A stretch of DNA of 64,000 bases from Deinococcota bacterium (GCA_041695225.1 JBGFRI010000035.1:32001-96000); one strand, 5' to 3'; positions 35,068 to 45,627 are shown, counted from the stretch's first letter. The notes: generated from the sequence alone by a model not told the origin. A program made the numbers and translations.

Positions 35068-35090
35068 CCGAAAGGACAAAGGCCATAAGC

Positions 35091-36050
35091 TTGCAGCCAT
35101 CAGCCATTAGCTATCAGCGGCGCAGGGTCGCCTTTTTCGGCTCGCCGGCCTGGGCAGTGCCAGTACTAGAGGCGCTACACCAGCACCACCAGGTTGTGCT
35201 GGTGGTGACCCAGCCCGACAAACCGGCCGGACGAGGTCTGCGCCTGACCCCTTGCCCGGTAGCCCAGTGGGCCAGCGGCCAGGGCTTGCGGGTAGAAAAG
35301 CCCACCAGACTCCGCAAAAACCCCGAGTTACTGGCGCTTTGCAACTCCCTTAACCTGGATGTGGCGGTTACGGCAGCATATGGCAAAATCCTTCCCCACG
35401 AGCTCTTGTTAGTTCCCCGGTTTGGCTTCTTTAATCTGCACCCCTCCGACCTGCCCAGGTACCGTGGCCCGGCGCCGGTGCAGTGGACGCTAATCAATGG
35501 CGATGTCCAGACTGCGGTCTGCATTATGCAGACCGACGCAGGCATGGACACCGGCCCGATTGTAGCCAGACGACATACCAGGGTTGGGCCGGATGAAACC
35601 GCGGCCGAACTTGCCGATCGCCTGCGCGAGATGGGAATTCCGCTATTGTTAGAGGCGATTGGCGGTCTGGAGTCGCTGCAGCCCATGCCACAGCTTGGCC
35701 AGGCAAGCCATGCCCCGATGCTGGCCAGGGATGATGGAAAAATTGTTTGGCAACGTACGGCCAGCGAGATCTACAACCGCCACCGGGGTGTGCAGCCCTG
35801 GCCTGGTAGCTGGTTTGAATACCAGGGCCGGCGGGTGAAGGTTATACGAATGTCGAGGGCCGGGGGTCGAGGGTCTAGCCCAGAGCACCTGGCGCCCTCA
35901 ACCGTTTTGCAATTGACCGAGGGCCTGATGGTCGCCACAGGGGAGGGGAGCCTCACCCTGCTTGAAGTTCAGCCCGAAGGCAGAAAACCCATGTCGGCGC
36001 TGGACTGGGCCAGGGGTGCTCGAGTTCGAGTGGGTGATCTACTTGGCTAG
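35091..36050 (+). CDS. fmt: Methionyl-tRNA formyltransferase
   Basis: VVTQPDKPAGRG, NLHPSDLPRYRGPAP and GMDTGP motifs. Start uncertain. Confidence 0.95.
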   Translation: MQPSAISYQRRRVAFFGSPAWAVPVLEALHQHHQVVLVVTQPDKPAGRGLRLTPCPVAQWASGQGLRVEKPTRLRKNPELLALCNSLNLDVAVTAAYGKILPHELLLVPRFGFFNLHPSDLPRYRGPAPVQWTLINGDVQTAVCIMQTDAGMDTGPIVARRHTRVGPDETAAELADRLREMGIPLLLEAIGGLESLQPMPQLGQASHAPMLARDDGKIVWQRTASEIYNRHRGVQPWPGSWFEYQGRRVKVIRMSRAGGRGSSPEHLAPSTVLQLTEGLMVATGEGSLTLLEVQPEGRKPMSALDWARGARVRVGDLLG

Positions 36051-36179
36051 GCGCTGGCCTGGCTGTTCGACCATTGACGACTTGAGACCCGCGACCTAGG
36101 GGAGTCGCTACGCGATTCCGGCAAAGCCGTAGCCTATGCGACAGATTCAAGCTAATGTTTCATAATGGTTACCTAGCGC

Positions 36180-38024
36180 ATGAATACCCTCGAGAAGCTA
36201 AAACTGGCCGGGCGCTACCGGCTCGAGGCCCCGCTGGGAGAAGGGGGCATGGCCGAGGTCTGGCGGGCTACCGACCTTCGCATGGAGCGCACGGTGGCGG
36301 TCAAGCTTCTTCACACCTACATTCACCCCAGTGAACGCAGCCGGTTTTTTCGTGAAGTCAAGGCGCTTTCCAGGCTCTCTCACCCTGGTGTGGTGCAGGT
36401 TTTTGATATTGGCGAGGAACAGGGCCGCACCTATTTTGTGATGGAGCTGGTGGAGGGTGGTAGCTACGATGGCATTGGCCCTTTTGAAGACGGGATGGAG
36501 GGTTTGCGCCTGCTCACAGCGAGCATCAGGGTGCTGGATGCCCTGGGGCACCTGCACAGCCGGGGCGTAATCCACCGCGACCTTACCCCGCGCAACATTC
36601 TGGTTACGCCCGAGGGCCAGCCCAAGGTGATGGACTTTGGTCTGGCCTACCTGATGCAGGAGAGCCAACACTTTACCCGCACCGGCATTACTGTGGGCAC
36701 CCCCGAGTACATGGCCCCCGAACAGGCCAAGGGCCTGCCCCTCACCCCGCAGGCCGACCTCTATAGCTTTGGGGCGGTGCTGTACCGGACCCTTACTGGT
36801 AAGCCCTTGTTTGAGGGTGAAAACGACCAGTCGGTGCTCTACCAGCACGTCTACGAGACCCCCAGACCCCCACACATGGTCAACCCGGCCATTCCCGAGG
36901 GGGTCTCGGACTTCCTGGTCTCGCTTCTGCACAAGACCCCTGGCGAGCGTCCTGCCAGCGCCGGTACTGCTCGTGCGGTTCTGGAAGAGACTCTACGCAA
37001 GTACCGGGAGAGCCTCTCGGCAACTCCCAGAGCCGGAGCCAGCCGCAGCGGACACTACCCCAGCGGCCCGGCCCGCCCCGAAAAACTCGAGCTGAAGGGA
37101 ACGCACGACCTGGGGGGTGAGGTGGCCTGGCCCGGTGAGCTGGTTGCCCGCGAGGACCGCATCTGGGTTGGGGCCGGGCAGGGCCTCTCCCGCCTCGACC
37201 TGACCGATGGCCTGGTTCACCGCCAGCGCCTGGGCGACGAGGTCTCTGCCCCGCCGGCCGTAACCGAAGAACGGGTCTATGTGGCTGCCTGGGACGGTCG
37301 CCTGACCGGGATGTCCCTTTCCGGGCGGCCCATTCTCAGTTTCCCTACCCGTGCCGAGATTACCGCCGCCCCCCTGGCCAGCGGGCTAATCTACCTGGCC
37401 GGGCGCGACGGCTTTCTCTACGCCCTCGAGCCCGGCGGAACCCTGCGCTGGGGCTTTCAGGCCGGCAGTGAGCTCTCGGCCTCGCCCACCCTCTACCGGG
37501 GGCTTTTGTTTGTCGCCAGCGAGAGCGGCTGGCTCTACGCCCTCGACCCCTTTAGCGGGCACCTGCGCTACAAGGTGGAGGCCGGGGCGGTACATACTGC
37601 CATGCCTGCCCGTGACGGCCTGCTTTTTATCCCTACCTGGACCGGAGAAATTCACGCCTTCGACCCGCTCACCCGCGAGTTGAAGTGGAGCTACGATCTG
37701 GAGGGCGAGCTCTGGGGTGCGCCCGCCCTGGACGACCAGCACCTATACGCCGCTACCTGGGCCGGCCGGCTCTTTGCCCTCGACCAGAAAACCGGCGACG
37801 AGGCCTGGGAGCTCGAGGTGGGCAAGGTCACCGGCGCACTCTCGACTGCCTACGGCGTACTCTATCTGGGCACCGAGGAGGGGCGGGTGCTGGGGGTGGA
37901 AACCCGTGCTGGCCGCCTGGTCTTCGAGGCCACGGGCCTTGGCCCAATCCAGGCGCCGCCGCTGCCCTACCGGGGGGCGCTGTATGTGGCCACGCTGGCC
38001 GGTAAACTATACCGGTTCGCTTGA
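36180..38024 (+). CDS. Hanks-type Ser/Thr kinase with C-terminal PQQ-like beta-propeller (RqkA-like)
   Basis: LGEGGMAEV, VAVK, HRDL, DFG and YMAPE motifs; repeated G.LYALD...G...W blades. Confidence 0.9.
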   Translation: MNTLEKLKLAGRYRLEAPLGEGGMAEVWRATDLRMERTVAVKLLHTYIHPSERSRFFREVKALSRLSHPGVVQVFDIGEEQGRTYFVMELVEGGSYDGIGPFEDGMEGLRLLTASIRVLDALGHLHSRGVIHRDLTPRNILVTPEGQPKVMDFGLAYLMQESQHFTRTGITVGTPEYMAPEQAKGLPLTPQADLYSFGAVLYRTLTGKPLFEGENDQSVLYQHVYETPRPPHMVNPAIPEGVSDFLVSLLHKTPGERPASAGTARAVLEETLRKYRESLSATPRAGASRSGHYPSGPARPEKLELKGTHDLGGEVAWPGELVAREDRIWVGAGQGLSRLDLTDGLVHRQRLGDEVSAPPAVTEERVYVAAWDGRLTGMSLSGRPILSFPTRAEITAAPLASGLIYLAGRDGFLYALEPGGTLRWGFQAGSELSASPTLYRGLLFVASESGWLYALDPFSGHLRYKVEAGAVHTAMPARDGLLFIPTWTGEIHAFDPLTRELKWSYDLEGELWGAPALDDQHLYAATWAGRLFALDQKTGDEAWELEVGKVTGALSTAYGVLYLGTEEGRVLGVETRAGRLVFEATGLGPIQAPPLPYRGALYVATLAGKLYRFA

Positions 38025-38038
38025 TACACTGGGCTTGG

Positions 38039-38380
38039 ATGGGGCGCTAAGAGAAGCTGTTGCTGAAAATTCTGCGCGGAACGTCCGATGCCAGTATTTC
38101 CTTTGATGACCTGCGCCAACTGCTGCTTCATCTGGGGTTTGAAGAGCGCATCAAAGGCAGCCACCACGCGTTTCGCAAACAAGGGGCTGAGGAGTTCATC
38201 AACTTGTAGCAGGATGGTAGCAAGGCCAAGCCTTACCAGGTGCGACAGGTTCGGTCGGTGATAGTGCGCTAGGGGGTGCGCGTAGCGCATGGAGTGGGTG
38301 ATGCAGTGGTCGAGGATTTGGAGTGATTAACCGATACTCGCTGTGCGAGTAACCTATACAAGTTAGGAGGTGAGAGCTAG
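38039..38380 (+). pseudogene. hicA: HicA toxin pseudogene
   Basis: MGR*EKLLLKILRGTSDASISFDDLRQLLLHLGFEERIKGSHHAF..INL*QDGSKAKPYQVRQVR..[insert]YKLGGES. Stops at 38048 and 38207, plus an 87-bp insertion. Confidence 0.85.
38270..38356. repeat. Double-hairpin element (87-bp form) inserted in hicA
   Basis: Same two hairpins as the recG copy, separated by 45 extra bp; TAGG/CCTA ends. Confidence 0.85.
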
Positions 38381-38592
38381 TGTACAAGTACGAAGTCATC
38401 ATCTATTGGAGCCAGGAAGACGATGCGTTTGTTGCCGAAGTGCCAGAACTGCCCGGTTGTATGGCCCATGGACAGACCGCAGAACAAGCCCTTGCCAGTG
38501 TTCATCAAGCCACTCAGTTGTGGATTGAAACGGCCAAAGAATTTGGCGACCCCATCCCCGAGCCTAAAGGGCGGCGCTTGCAGTTTGCCTGA
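38380..38592 (+). CDS. hicB: HicB family antitoxin
   Basis: YEVIIYWS.ED.AFVAEVPELPGCMAHG.T.E.A..W......G..IPEP pattern. Confidence 0.92.
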   Translation: MYKYEVIIYWSQEDDAFVAEVPELPGCMAHGQTAEQALASVHQATQLWIETAKEFGDPIPEPKGRRLQFA

Positions 38593-38734
38593 GGGCGCGG
38601 CCCCAAAACCCCTGCTTGACGCAGATACCTTTTCAACTACCAGCCTCTCCCAGCAGAGCAGAGGAGATTTCTCGAACGCCCTCCAGGCTGGAATACCTGT
38701 GGGACAAACTGTTCTTGGGTAGACTGTTCAGGCT

Positions 38735-41236
38735 GTGTCTTTACACCTGACCGACGAACAACAAGCCATTGTGGCCCACAACCAGGGGCCGGCGCTGGTG
38801 TTTGCGGTGGCGGGGGCGGGCAAGACTACGTCGCTGGTGCACCGCCTAAAGCGCCTGGTGCGCGAGCGGGTCTTCGAGCCGCGCAAGGTGCTGGCAGCCT
38901 CGTTCAGCCGCCTGGCGGTGGACGACCTCAAGCGCTCGCTGGCCCGATGGCCCCACACCCAGGGGGTACAGGTTTCCACGCTGCACGCGCTGGGCTACCG
39001 CATCGTGCGCAAGGCGGCCTCGGAGGGGCTTTTGAAGCTGGCCGAGGGCAGGGAAGAGGGTGCCCAGCAAGCTCTGTTGCAGCGCACACTGCGGCGGGCC
39101 AGGGAGATGAAACTGCCCTGGACGCCCGAACTGGAAAACCTCGAGGCCGAGGACTTCCTGAGCTACGTGGGGGCCTGCAAAGGAAACCTGCAGTATGCCG
39201 ACCTGAAGGGGGCCGGGCTGCCGCCGGAGGCCCTGAAAGTGGCCTCGCAGGCCCGTGCGCCCCAGGAACTCGAGTGGTACCTCGAGCTCTACAAACTGAT
39301 GGAGCAGGTTCGCCGGGAAGAGGGCCTCCTGACCTTCGACGATATGCTGATGAGTGGCTGGGAGGTGCTGGTGCGCTACCCTGGCGTTTTGCAAACCGCG
39401 CAAAAAGCCTTTCAGGCAGTGCTGGTGGACGAGTTCCAGGACGTGAACCTGGCCCAGGCGGAGATTTTGGACCTGATCACCGCCCCGCACCGCAACTACA
39501 TGGCCGTAGGCGACGACGACCAGACCATCTACGAGTGGCGCGGAGCCTCGCCACGCTTCATCCTCGAGTTTGCTCCACGCTATAAGGCAGCCAAATACAT
39601 CATCCGGGACTCGTTTCGCTGCCCAGCGCCGCAGGTCGCACTGGCAGGCCGGGTGATCGCCCAGAACCAGAACCGCGAGCCCAAGCGACTGAGCCTGACC
39701 AAGGGCTTTGTGGGCCGGGTGCATATTCGCCTGGAGCCACACATGCCTGCCCAGGCCCAGAGCCTGGTCAGCGATGTGGCGGGGCTGCTAGCCGAAGGCC
39801 GCAAACCTACCGAGATGGCGGTGCTGGTGCGGCTCTACGCCCAGACCCCCTATATCGAGCAATGCCTGATCGAGCGACAGATTCCCTACCGGGTGGTAGG
39901 CAGCATGCCCTTCTATCAGCGCCCCGAAATTCAAGTTTTGCTGGCTTACCTGCGGCTGGCCCAATCCCCCACCGCTGCGCGGAGCCCCCTTGGTAAGGTG
40001 GCCAGTGCTGAGGTTTTGTCCCCCCTTAATAAAGGGGGTGGGGGGGATTGCAAGCGCCTCTGGCTGCAGATCTACAACACCCCCAAGCGTTACCTGAGCC
40101 GAGCCCTGGCCGACTCGGTCTGGCGGCAGGTAGAGCGGGGCGCCTCGCTGGTAGAGGCGCTAACGGCGGCGGAGGCAGACGTAGAGGAGCGCGTGGCCAG
40201 GCGGCTGCGCGAGCTGGCCGATCTGTTCGAGTGGCTTAGTGTGGCCGTGGAACGCGGCTCGGCCCACGCGGTTCTGGAGGCGCTGGAGTCTCGACTGGAC
40301 TACCGCCGATATCTGCTGGGCTCATCGGGCTTTTACGAGGTGGGAGCTGGCAAGGCCGAGGGGGTACGGGCTTTTCTGGAGTATGCCCGCGACAAAGGGA
40401 GCGCGCTTCAGCTGCTTCACCATATTGAGCAACTAGCCCAGGAGCAGATTCCCGATGAGACTGACTTGCGTTCGCACGCTCAAGAACACCTGGGCGACGG
40501 CCCTGCACAGGACGCCCGCCAGCGGGTTAGCCTGATGACCATTTTCCGGGCCAAGGGGCTGGAGTGGCCCCTGGTCTTCATCCCCGACTGCAACCAGGGA
40601 ACCCTGCCCTACAGCGGCTCAGAAAACCTCGAGGAAGAACGCCGCCTGTTCTACGTGGCCCTGACCCGAAGCTCGCAGCATACCTATCTTTACGCCCTGT
40701 CTAGCCTGCCACTCTCGCCCTTTCTCGTAGAAGCCAACCACCTGCAAGTTTTGGGTGCAGTCGAGCGGGTGGGGGAGGCCCTGGCCCTAAAGGCACATGA
40801 GCTTTCCACCGCACAGACCCTGGCCCTGGCGCAAGGCGCACACAAGCTGGGCCTCGAGCGTTTCCTGTACGACTGGTGGAACTCAGGCCAGGCGCAGAGC
40901 ATTGCCGCCAAAGTGCTGCGGCTGTTCGCGCATGCTGAGCGCCAGCGCTACTCGGAAGCCCTGGGCCTGACGCACGAGGCCAGAAGCGTCTGGGAAGCCT
41001 TCGATGCGGGGCCGGGCAGTGGGGTGGAAGGGGAGTTTTCCGACCTCGAGCGCTTCATTTTCAAGCCTCCCCAGGCTTCGGACCAGACCACGCTCAGGGC
41101 GGGACAAAAAGTCAGGCATACCCAGTTTGGCACCGGGCTGGTGGTGAGTCTGGATGAAGGGGTTGCTTCCATAGCTTTTGCCGATGGGGTACGCAGGCTG
41201 GCCCTGCGCTACGCCCGACTGGAAGTGGTGGGTTGA
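38735..41236 (+). CDS. UvrD/PcrA-like SF1 helicase
   Basis: AGAGKT, VDEFQD, VGDDDQTIY.WRGA, AKGLEW and EERRLFYVALTR motifs; C-terminal V.H..FG.G domain. Confidence 0.93.
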   Translation: MSLHLTDEQQAIVAHNQGPALVFAVAGAGKTTSLVHRLKRLVRERVFEPRKVLAASFSRLAVDDLKRSLARWPHTQGVQVSTLHALGYRIVRKAASEGLLKLAEGREEGAQQALLQRTLRRAREMKLPWTPELENLEAEDFLSYVGACKGNLQYADLKGAGLPPEALKVASQARAPQELEWYLELYKLMEQVRREEGLLTFDDMLMSGWEVLVRYPGVLQTAQKAFQAVLVDEFQDVNLAQAEILDLITAPHRNYMAVGDDDQTIYEWRGASPRFILEFAPRYKAAKYIIRDSFRCPAPQVALAGRVIAQNQNREPKRLSLTKGFVGRVHIRLEPHMPAQAQSLVSDVAGLLAEGRKPTEMAVLVRLYAQTPYIEQCLIERQIPYRVVGSMPFYQRPEIQVLLAYLRLAQSPTAARSPLGKVASAEVLSPLNKGGGGDCKRLWLQIYNTPKRYLSRALADSVWRQVERGASLVEALTAAEADVEERVARRLRELADLFEWLSVAVERGSAHAVLEALESRLDYRRYLLGSSGFYEVGAGKAEGVRAFLEYARDKGSALQLLHHIEQLAQEQIPDETDLRSHAQEHLGDGPAQDARQRVSLMTIFRAKGLEWPLVFIPDCNQGTLPYSGSENLEEERRLFYVALTRSSQHTYLYALSSLPLSPFLVEANHLQVLGAVERVGEALALKAHELSTAQTLALAQGAHKLGLERFLYDWWNSGQAQSIAAKVLRLFAHAERQRYSEALGLTHEARSVWEAFDAGPGSGVEGEFSDLERFIFKPPQASDQTTLRAGQKVRHTQFGTGLVVSLDEGVASIAFADGVRRLALRYARLEVVG
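39962..40050. repeat. Palindromic element in-frame in the helicase
   Basis: Ends CAATCCCCC/GGGGGATTG; internal CCCCCTTAATAAAGGGGG hairpin. Confidence 0.8.
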
Positions 41237-41729
41237 TGCACTACTGGCTTCGGCTTACTTTCAGTCTCCGGCAATGGACTGGGCAATAGCTTGCTGTCCT
41301 TCAAGCGCCGGGGCATGTCCGGGTATCCCTTCCCCTTAAGAGGGGGTTGGGGTGAGGGCTCTAAGCACCCAGACTCGCACACTCGGAGCTGGGACCGTAG
41401 GTCGTGCCCATATCTTCTGGACTGATTCGGCACTTGCGAGGCCGGGACGCTCTGTTTTTTTGCCGACGGGCCACCCTAATGTGTAAGGCTGGAACGACGC
41501 AAAGGTTTTTTCGGTTCAATTTCTACACGCTTACAAGCATGATGGCTGAAATGAAACAGCTCTTATCTAATCTTGTGCTGTACTTATTAACTGGTCTGGA
41601 GTGGGCTCAAGGCGGGGATTATTTACCAGCTTCTGGCTCTTACACCGTCCCATTACCTGTTTTTACTACAGGGCTACCGGCGTCTGACCAAATGTGTCCT
41701 CACTTACTTCAAATAAATCAACACGATTG

Positions 41730-41758
41730 TTTACAAATTGAAGACAGCCTGCTATAGT
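41730..41758 (+). promoter_or_regulatory. Sigma-70 promoter of the CRP/FNR regulator
   Basis: TTTACA, 17-nt spacer, TG-c-TATAGT; GAGGAG RBS downstream. Confidence 0.7.
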
Positions 41759-41781
41759 CAACCTTGAGGAGTGATTAAATA

Positions 41782-42390
41782 ATGCAAACCAGCATCCTAG
41801 ACACCCTAACTTTCGGCCCTGGTGAGATCATTCTCTATCCCGGAGAGCCCAGCTCCAAGGATTATCTCTACCGGGTACGGGAGGGTCTGGTGCGCCTGCA
41901 GAGTGTTGATGACGAAGGCAATGCTCTAACGTTGCGGTTTGTTCGTCCTGGTGAGTATTTTGGCGAGGAGGTAATTTCCCTGGCCGAGCGCACCTATTTT
42001 GCCGAGGCCGTGACCGAGACCAGAGTGGATGCCCTGGCCCCCGCACAGCTATCGGCGCAGGAAATGGCCAGCCTGGTGCAAGGACTGGTTAAAGCCCTGA
42101 GCCAGACCTACCAGACCATCCAGCGCATATCGGGCCAGCGCCTGAAGAACCGAATTGCTGCTACCCTGCTCGACCTTTCCCGCACCCCGGTAGCCTTTAC
42201 CGAGAAGAGCGGGCTGGTAGGGGTCAAGGCCACTCACGACGAAATTGCCTCGGCGGTGGGCTCGGTGCGCGAGACCGTAACCAAGGTAATCGGCGAACTG
42301 ACCCGCGAAGGCTATATTCGCTCGGGTTATGGCAGGCTGATCCTGGAAAACCCCCGCGGCCTCGAGCGCCTCTCCAACGAAGCGGCCTGA
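41782..42390 (+). CDS. sdrP: CRP/FNR family regulator (Thermus SdrP / Deinococcus DdrI type)
   Basis: ILYPG, GLVRL..VD.EGNALTLR and ATHDEIASAVGSVRETVTKVIGEL motifs recalled from Thermus SdrP. Confidence 0.8.
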   Translation: MQTSILDTLTFGPGEIILYPGEPSSKDYLYRVREGLVRLQSVDDEGNALTLRFVRPGEYFGEEVISLAERTYFAEAVTETRVDALAPAQLSAQEMASLVQGLVKALSQTYQTIQRISGQRLKNRIAATLLDLSRTPVAFTEKSGLVGVKATHDEIASAVGSVRETVTKVIGELTREGYIRSGYGRLILENPRGLERLSNEAA

Positions 42391-42641
42391 TAGCACCCAG
42401 AGTTTTCCTAAAGCTCGCTCCTTTCTGAGATAAGTCGTACAGCTTTTGTACGACTTTTTGCATCGCGACCTGGTTTCCTAATCAGCAACACAGTGGAAAC
42501 GGGCTGCTAAAGCTCAGATTTAGCTTCCTGATTCGGCCATATTCACCTGGCTACAAAGACCAGGGCCAACTGAATCGAGTTCTTTGGCGTAGCGGTGTGT
42601 CGGCTGGCTGTCGGCTGGCTGTATTTACGGGCGGAAATATA

Positions 42642-42665
42642 GCCTCCTCCAAAAACGGAGGAGGC
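42642..42665. terminator. Hairpin between convergent genes
   Basis: GCCTCCTCC-aaaaac-GGAGGAGGC. Confidence 0.6.
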
Positions 42666-42691
42666 CACTGGGTTTGTGGTGTCAAGGAAGG

Positions 42692-44362
42692 CTAAACCCC
42701 CACCCGCAAGAACCTGTCGGAGTAGAACGGCCCCTCCCAGCGCTGGCCTCGAGGCTCGTTAAGGATGGTAATGCGGTTCTCCAGGCGCGGCTCCCACGAG
42801 GGCTGGGTACGCAGGTACTCAATCAGAACTTCGGCGTCGCTAAAACCGGTATCGACGCGGAAGCCCCGGGCATCGCGGAACGATGTAAAGCCGTCGCCGC
42901 CCGCGGCGGTAAAGCTGTTGGTCACGACCCGGTAGGTGGCGTTTGGATCCAGCGGCTGGAAGCCGGTTGGAGTCTGGATCTGAACCTGGGTTATGCGGCT
43001 GCCTGCCGGGCGGGCCATGTCGAAGGTGTAGCGGATGCCCGCCACCCCAGAAAGGAAACGCCCGGCAATGGCCTCCCACTGGGATACGCCGTTTTCCAGG
43101 GCGGCCAGAATCTCGCTACCCCGCAGCTCGAGCACCGTAAGGGTGTTGCCAAACGGCAGTACCTCGTTGGCCTGGCCCACGGTAATGTTTCCGGCTGGAA
43201 TGCTGGCGCGGATGCCCCCGCCGTTTTGCAGGGCGATGGTTGCGCCAGCCTGGCGGGTCTTCCACAGCATGGCGTCGGCAATCAAGTTAGCCAGGTTGGT
43301 CTCACGGCGGCGCACATCGTTGCGCTCGCCATTTAGGGCCACTGCAGCGCGAGAGACCACCTGTGCCCGTAGCGCCGCAATAGGCAGGCCATAAGCTGCA
43401 ATGGCATCCAGCGCAAAGCGGTCTTCGGGCAGGTCGGCGGTCAGGGGGATCACCTGGCCCTGGTGGGCTACCAGCTCGCCTCGGGGGTTGAGGGTGACCT
43501 GCAAGCGGCCCACTACCTTGGCCCACTCCCAGGCCTGCACCACCAGCACATCCTTGTTCTCGGGGTTCTTGACAATGGTGGGGTAGGGCCCGCCCGAACG
43601 CAGCTCGGGGAAGGGGGTCTGGCCCAGCAGGGTGTGGCTGTGCCCGCCCACAATCACCTGCACCCCGGTTACCCTGCGGGCCAGCTCTTGCTCTTGGCGG
43701 TAGCCCAGGTGCGAGAGCACCACAATGTTCTTTACACCCCTGGCCAGAAGCTCGACCACTGCCTGCTGGGTGGCGGGAACCGGGTCGGTAAAGCGCACAT
43801 TGGGTCCGGGGCTCGAAAGGATGTTGGTATCGGGGGTGGTGAGGCCAATAATCCCCACCCGCTGCCCACCCACACTCACCACTGCATAGGGCCGGATGCG
43901 CCCGGCCAGCCTGGGCTCGCGCGAGACATCGGTATTGGCCGATACTACCGCAAAGCGAATGCCATTTAGAAAGTTTGCCAGACCCTCGGGCCCCAGGTTG
44001 TACTCGTGGTTGCCCGGCGCCAGGGCCCGGATGCCCATCCGGTGCAGGAAGTGGCGGTCGGCCAGCCCCTGGTACTGGTTAAAGAACAGGGTTCCCTGAA
44101 AAACGTCCCCCGCGTGCAAAAACAGGGGATTGGTGGCAGTGCCGCGCATCCGGTCAAAAAACGAGATGGTACGGGCAAAGCCTCCCAAAATCTGGTTTCG
44201 TTGACCGCCCAGAGTGAGGCCCGTGGTGGGCTCGAGCCTGGCGTGGGTGTCGTTGATGTGAACAATGGTCATGGTGAAGTTACCAACACCCTGAGCCCTG
44301 GTAAAGCCGGCCAGGGCCGCCCCGCCAACCAGACCTGCTTTGAGTACATCTCTACGGCGCAT
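42692..44362 (-). CDS. Tat-exported 5'-nucleotidase / UDP-sugar hydrolase (UshA-like)
   Basis: RRDVLK Tat motif; HINDTH, AGDVFQG, GNHE, GGHSH and NGGGIR motifs. Confidence 0.92.
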   Translation of the reverse strand: MRRRDVLKAGLVGGAALAGFTRAQGVGNFTMTIVHINDTHARLEPTTGLTLGGQRNQILGGFARTISFFDRMRGTATNPLFLHAGDVFQGTLFFNQYQGLADRHFLHRMGIRALAPGNHEYNLGPEGLANFLNGIRFAVVSANTDVSREPRLAGRIRPYAVVSVGGQRVGIIGLTTPDTNILSSPGPNVRFTDPVPATQQAVVELLARGVKNIVVLSHLGYRQEQELARRVTGVQVIVGGHSHTLLGQTPFPELRSGGPYPTIVKNPENKDVLVVQAWEWAKVVGRLQVTLNPRGELVAHQGQVIPLTADLPEDRFALDAIAAYGLPIAALRAQVVSRAAVALNGERNDVRRRETNLANLIADAMLWKTRQAGATIALQNGGGIRASIPAGNITVGQANEVLPFGNTLTVLELRGSEILAALENGVSQWEAIAGRFLSGVAGIRYTFDMARPAGSRITQVQIQTPTGFQPLDPNATYRVVTNSFTAAGGDGFTSFRDARGFRVDTGFSDAEVLIEYLRTQPSWEPRLENRITILNEPRGQRWEGPFYSDRFLRVGV

Positions 44363-44544
44363 GGTTTCTCCTCCTCTAAACTACCCACGACATTCTATAA
44401 CTGCCCAAGGTCATGTCTGCATCAAGCCAAGAGTGTTGAAACATTGAGCCCGATTTCAGCCGGCCCTCAGATTTGACGCATAGGTTTAGTCGGTAGTCCG
44501 ACCATGCTGTATTTTGCAGTTTTGTCAGCCACCCAGGAGAACTT

Positions 44545-45627
44545 ATGAGACACCTTGTTGCTGCCCTGCTTGTTATTACCCTTGTAGGATGCCAGGAAAT
44601 TGTTGCCCCGGCCAACTTTAGGGTGGAAGAAGTGAGAAGAGAACTAGGCGGCGCCCTCTGGAGCATCAATTTTGCTCCCGATGGCCGCTTGTTCTTCACC
44701 GATCGCGATCGGAGCCAGATTCGCGTAAGCGCTCTGAATCTGACCACCGGGGCGGTGACCCATTTCAACGGCAGTTCGGCTGTGCGAGACGAGGGTGAGG
44801 GCGGCATTCTGGGTATGGAGCTCGATCCTGACTTTGCCCGCAACAGTTGGGTCTACATATGCTATTCGGTCTGGAGCAATGGAAACCGCCGTAACCGGCT
44901 TTCCCGCTTCCAGATTTCCGGCAATGCTTTGACCAATGAATTAATTTTGCTGGATAACATGCGTGGGGCCTCTAACCACAATGGCTGCCGGGTAGTCTGG
45001 GGTCCTGACAACATGCTTTACTTCTCGATGGGTGACGCGGCTGATCAGCCTTCCTCGCAAGACCTATCTGCGCTGGCCGGCAAAATCTTCCGCATCAACC
45101 CGAATGGCACCATTCCAAGTGATAATCCATTCCCCGGCAGTCCTGTTTGGGCACTGGGCCTGCGCAACTCGCAGGGACTGGCCTTCCAGCCCGGCACTGG
45201 ACTCCTGTGGTCTACCGAGCATGGGCCACACATAAAGGATGAGCTCAATGTAATCAAGCGCGGCAGAAACTACGGCTGGCCCCACTGCATGGGTACCGAC
45301 CCCTGCCCCAGCGTGACCAACTATCAGCCCGCCATCAGGCAGTACACCGCCACCGACACCATCGCACCCAGCGACATGATGTTCTATACAGGCAACGTGT
45401 TTACCGCTTGGCGTAACAACCTGTTCTTTGTCACCCTTAGAACTGGGCGGCTATACCGGCTGGTGTTGAATGGGGAGTCAGTCGCTCATGAAGAGATCCT
45501 GATTGATACCCATACTGGCCCTCATCGGGGGTTTGGTCGCTTGCGAGATATCGCCACCGGGCCGGATGGTTTGATCTACATTTCTACCGATGACGGGCGC
45601 ATTTTGCGGCTGGTTCCGACAAACTAG
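44545..45627 (+). CDS. PQQ-dependent sugar dehydrogenase (Asd/YliI type), lipoprotein
   Basis: Lipobox LVGC; GEGGILG, HNGCR, GLRNSQG, EHGP..DELN, NYGWP and GRLRD motifs. Confidence 0.88.
   Translation: MRHLVAALLVITLVGCQEIVAPANFRVEEVRRELGGALWSINFAPDGRLFFTDRDRSQIRVSALNLTTGAVTHFNGSSAVRDEGEGGILGMELDPDFARNSWVYICYSVWSNGNRRNRLSRFQISGNALTNELILLDNMRGASNHNGCRVVWGPDNMLYFSMGDAADQPSSQDLSALAGKIFRINPNGTIPSDNPFPGSPVWALGLRNSQGLAFQPGTGLLWSTEHGPHIKDELNVIKRGRNYGWPHCMGTDPCPSVTNYQPAIRQYTATDTIAPSDMMFYTGNVFTAWRNNLFFVTLRTGRLYRLVLNGESVAHEEILIDTHTGPHRGFGRLRDIATGPDGLIYISTDDGRILRLVPTN

Noticed and set aside
38659..38680. AGAGGAGATTTCT..AACGCC, shared with 49931-49950, as a possible IS end
   Set aside because: Two short imperfect copies with no partner end or transposase.
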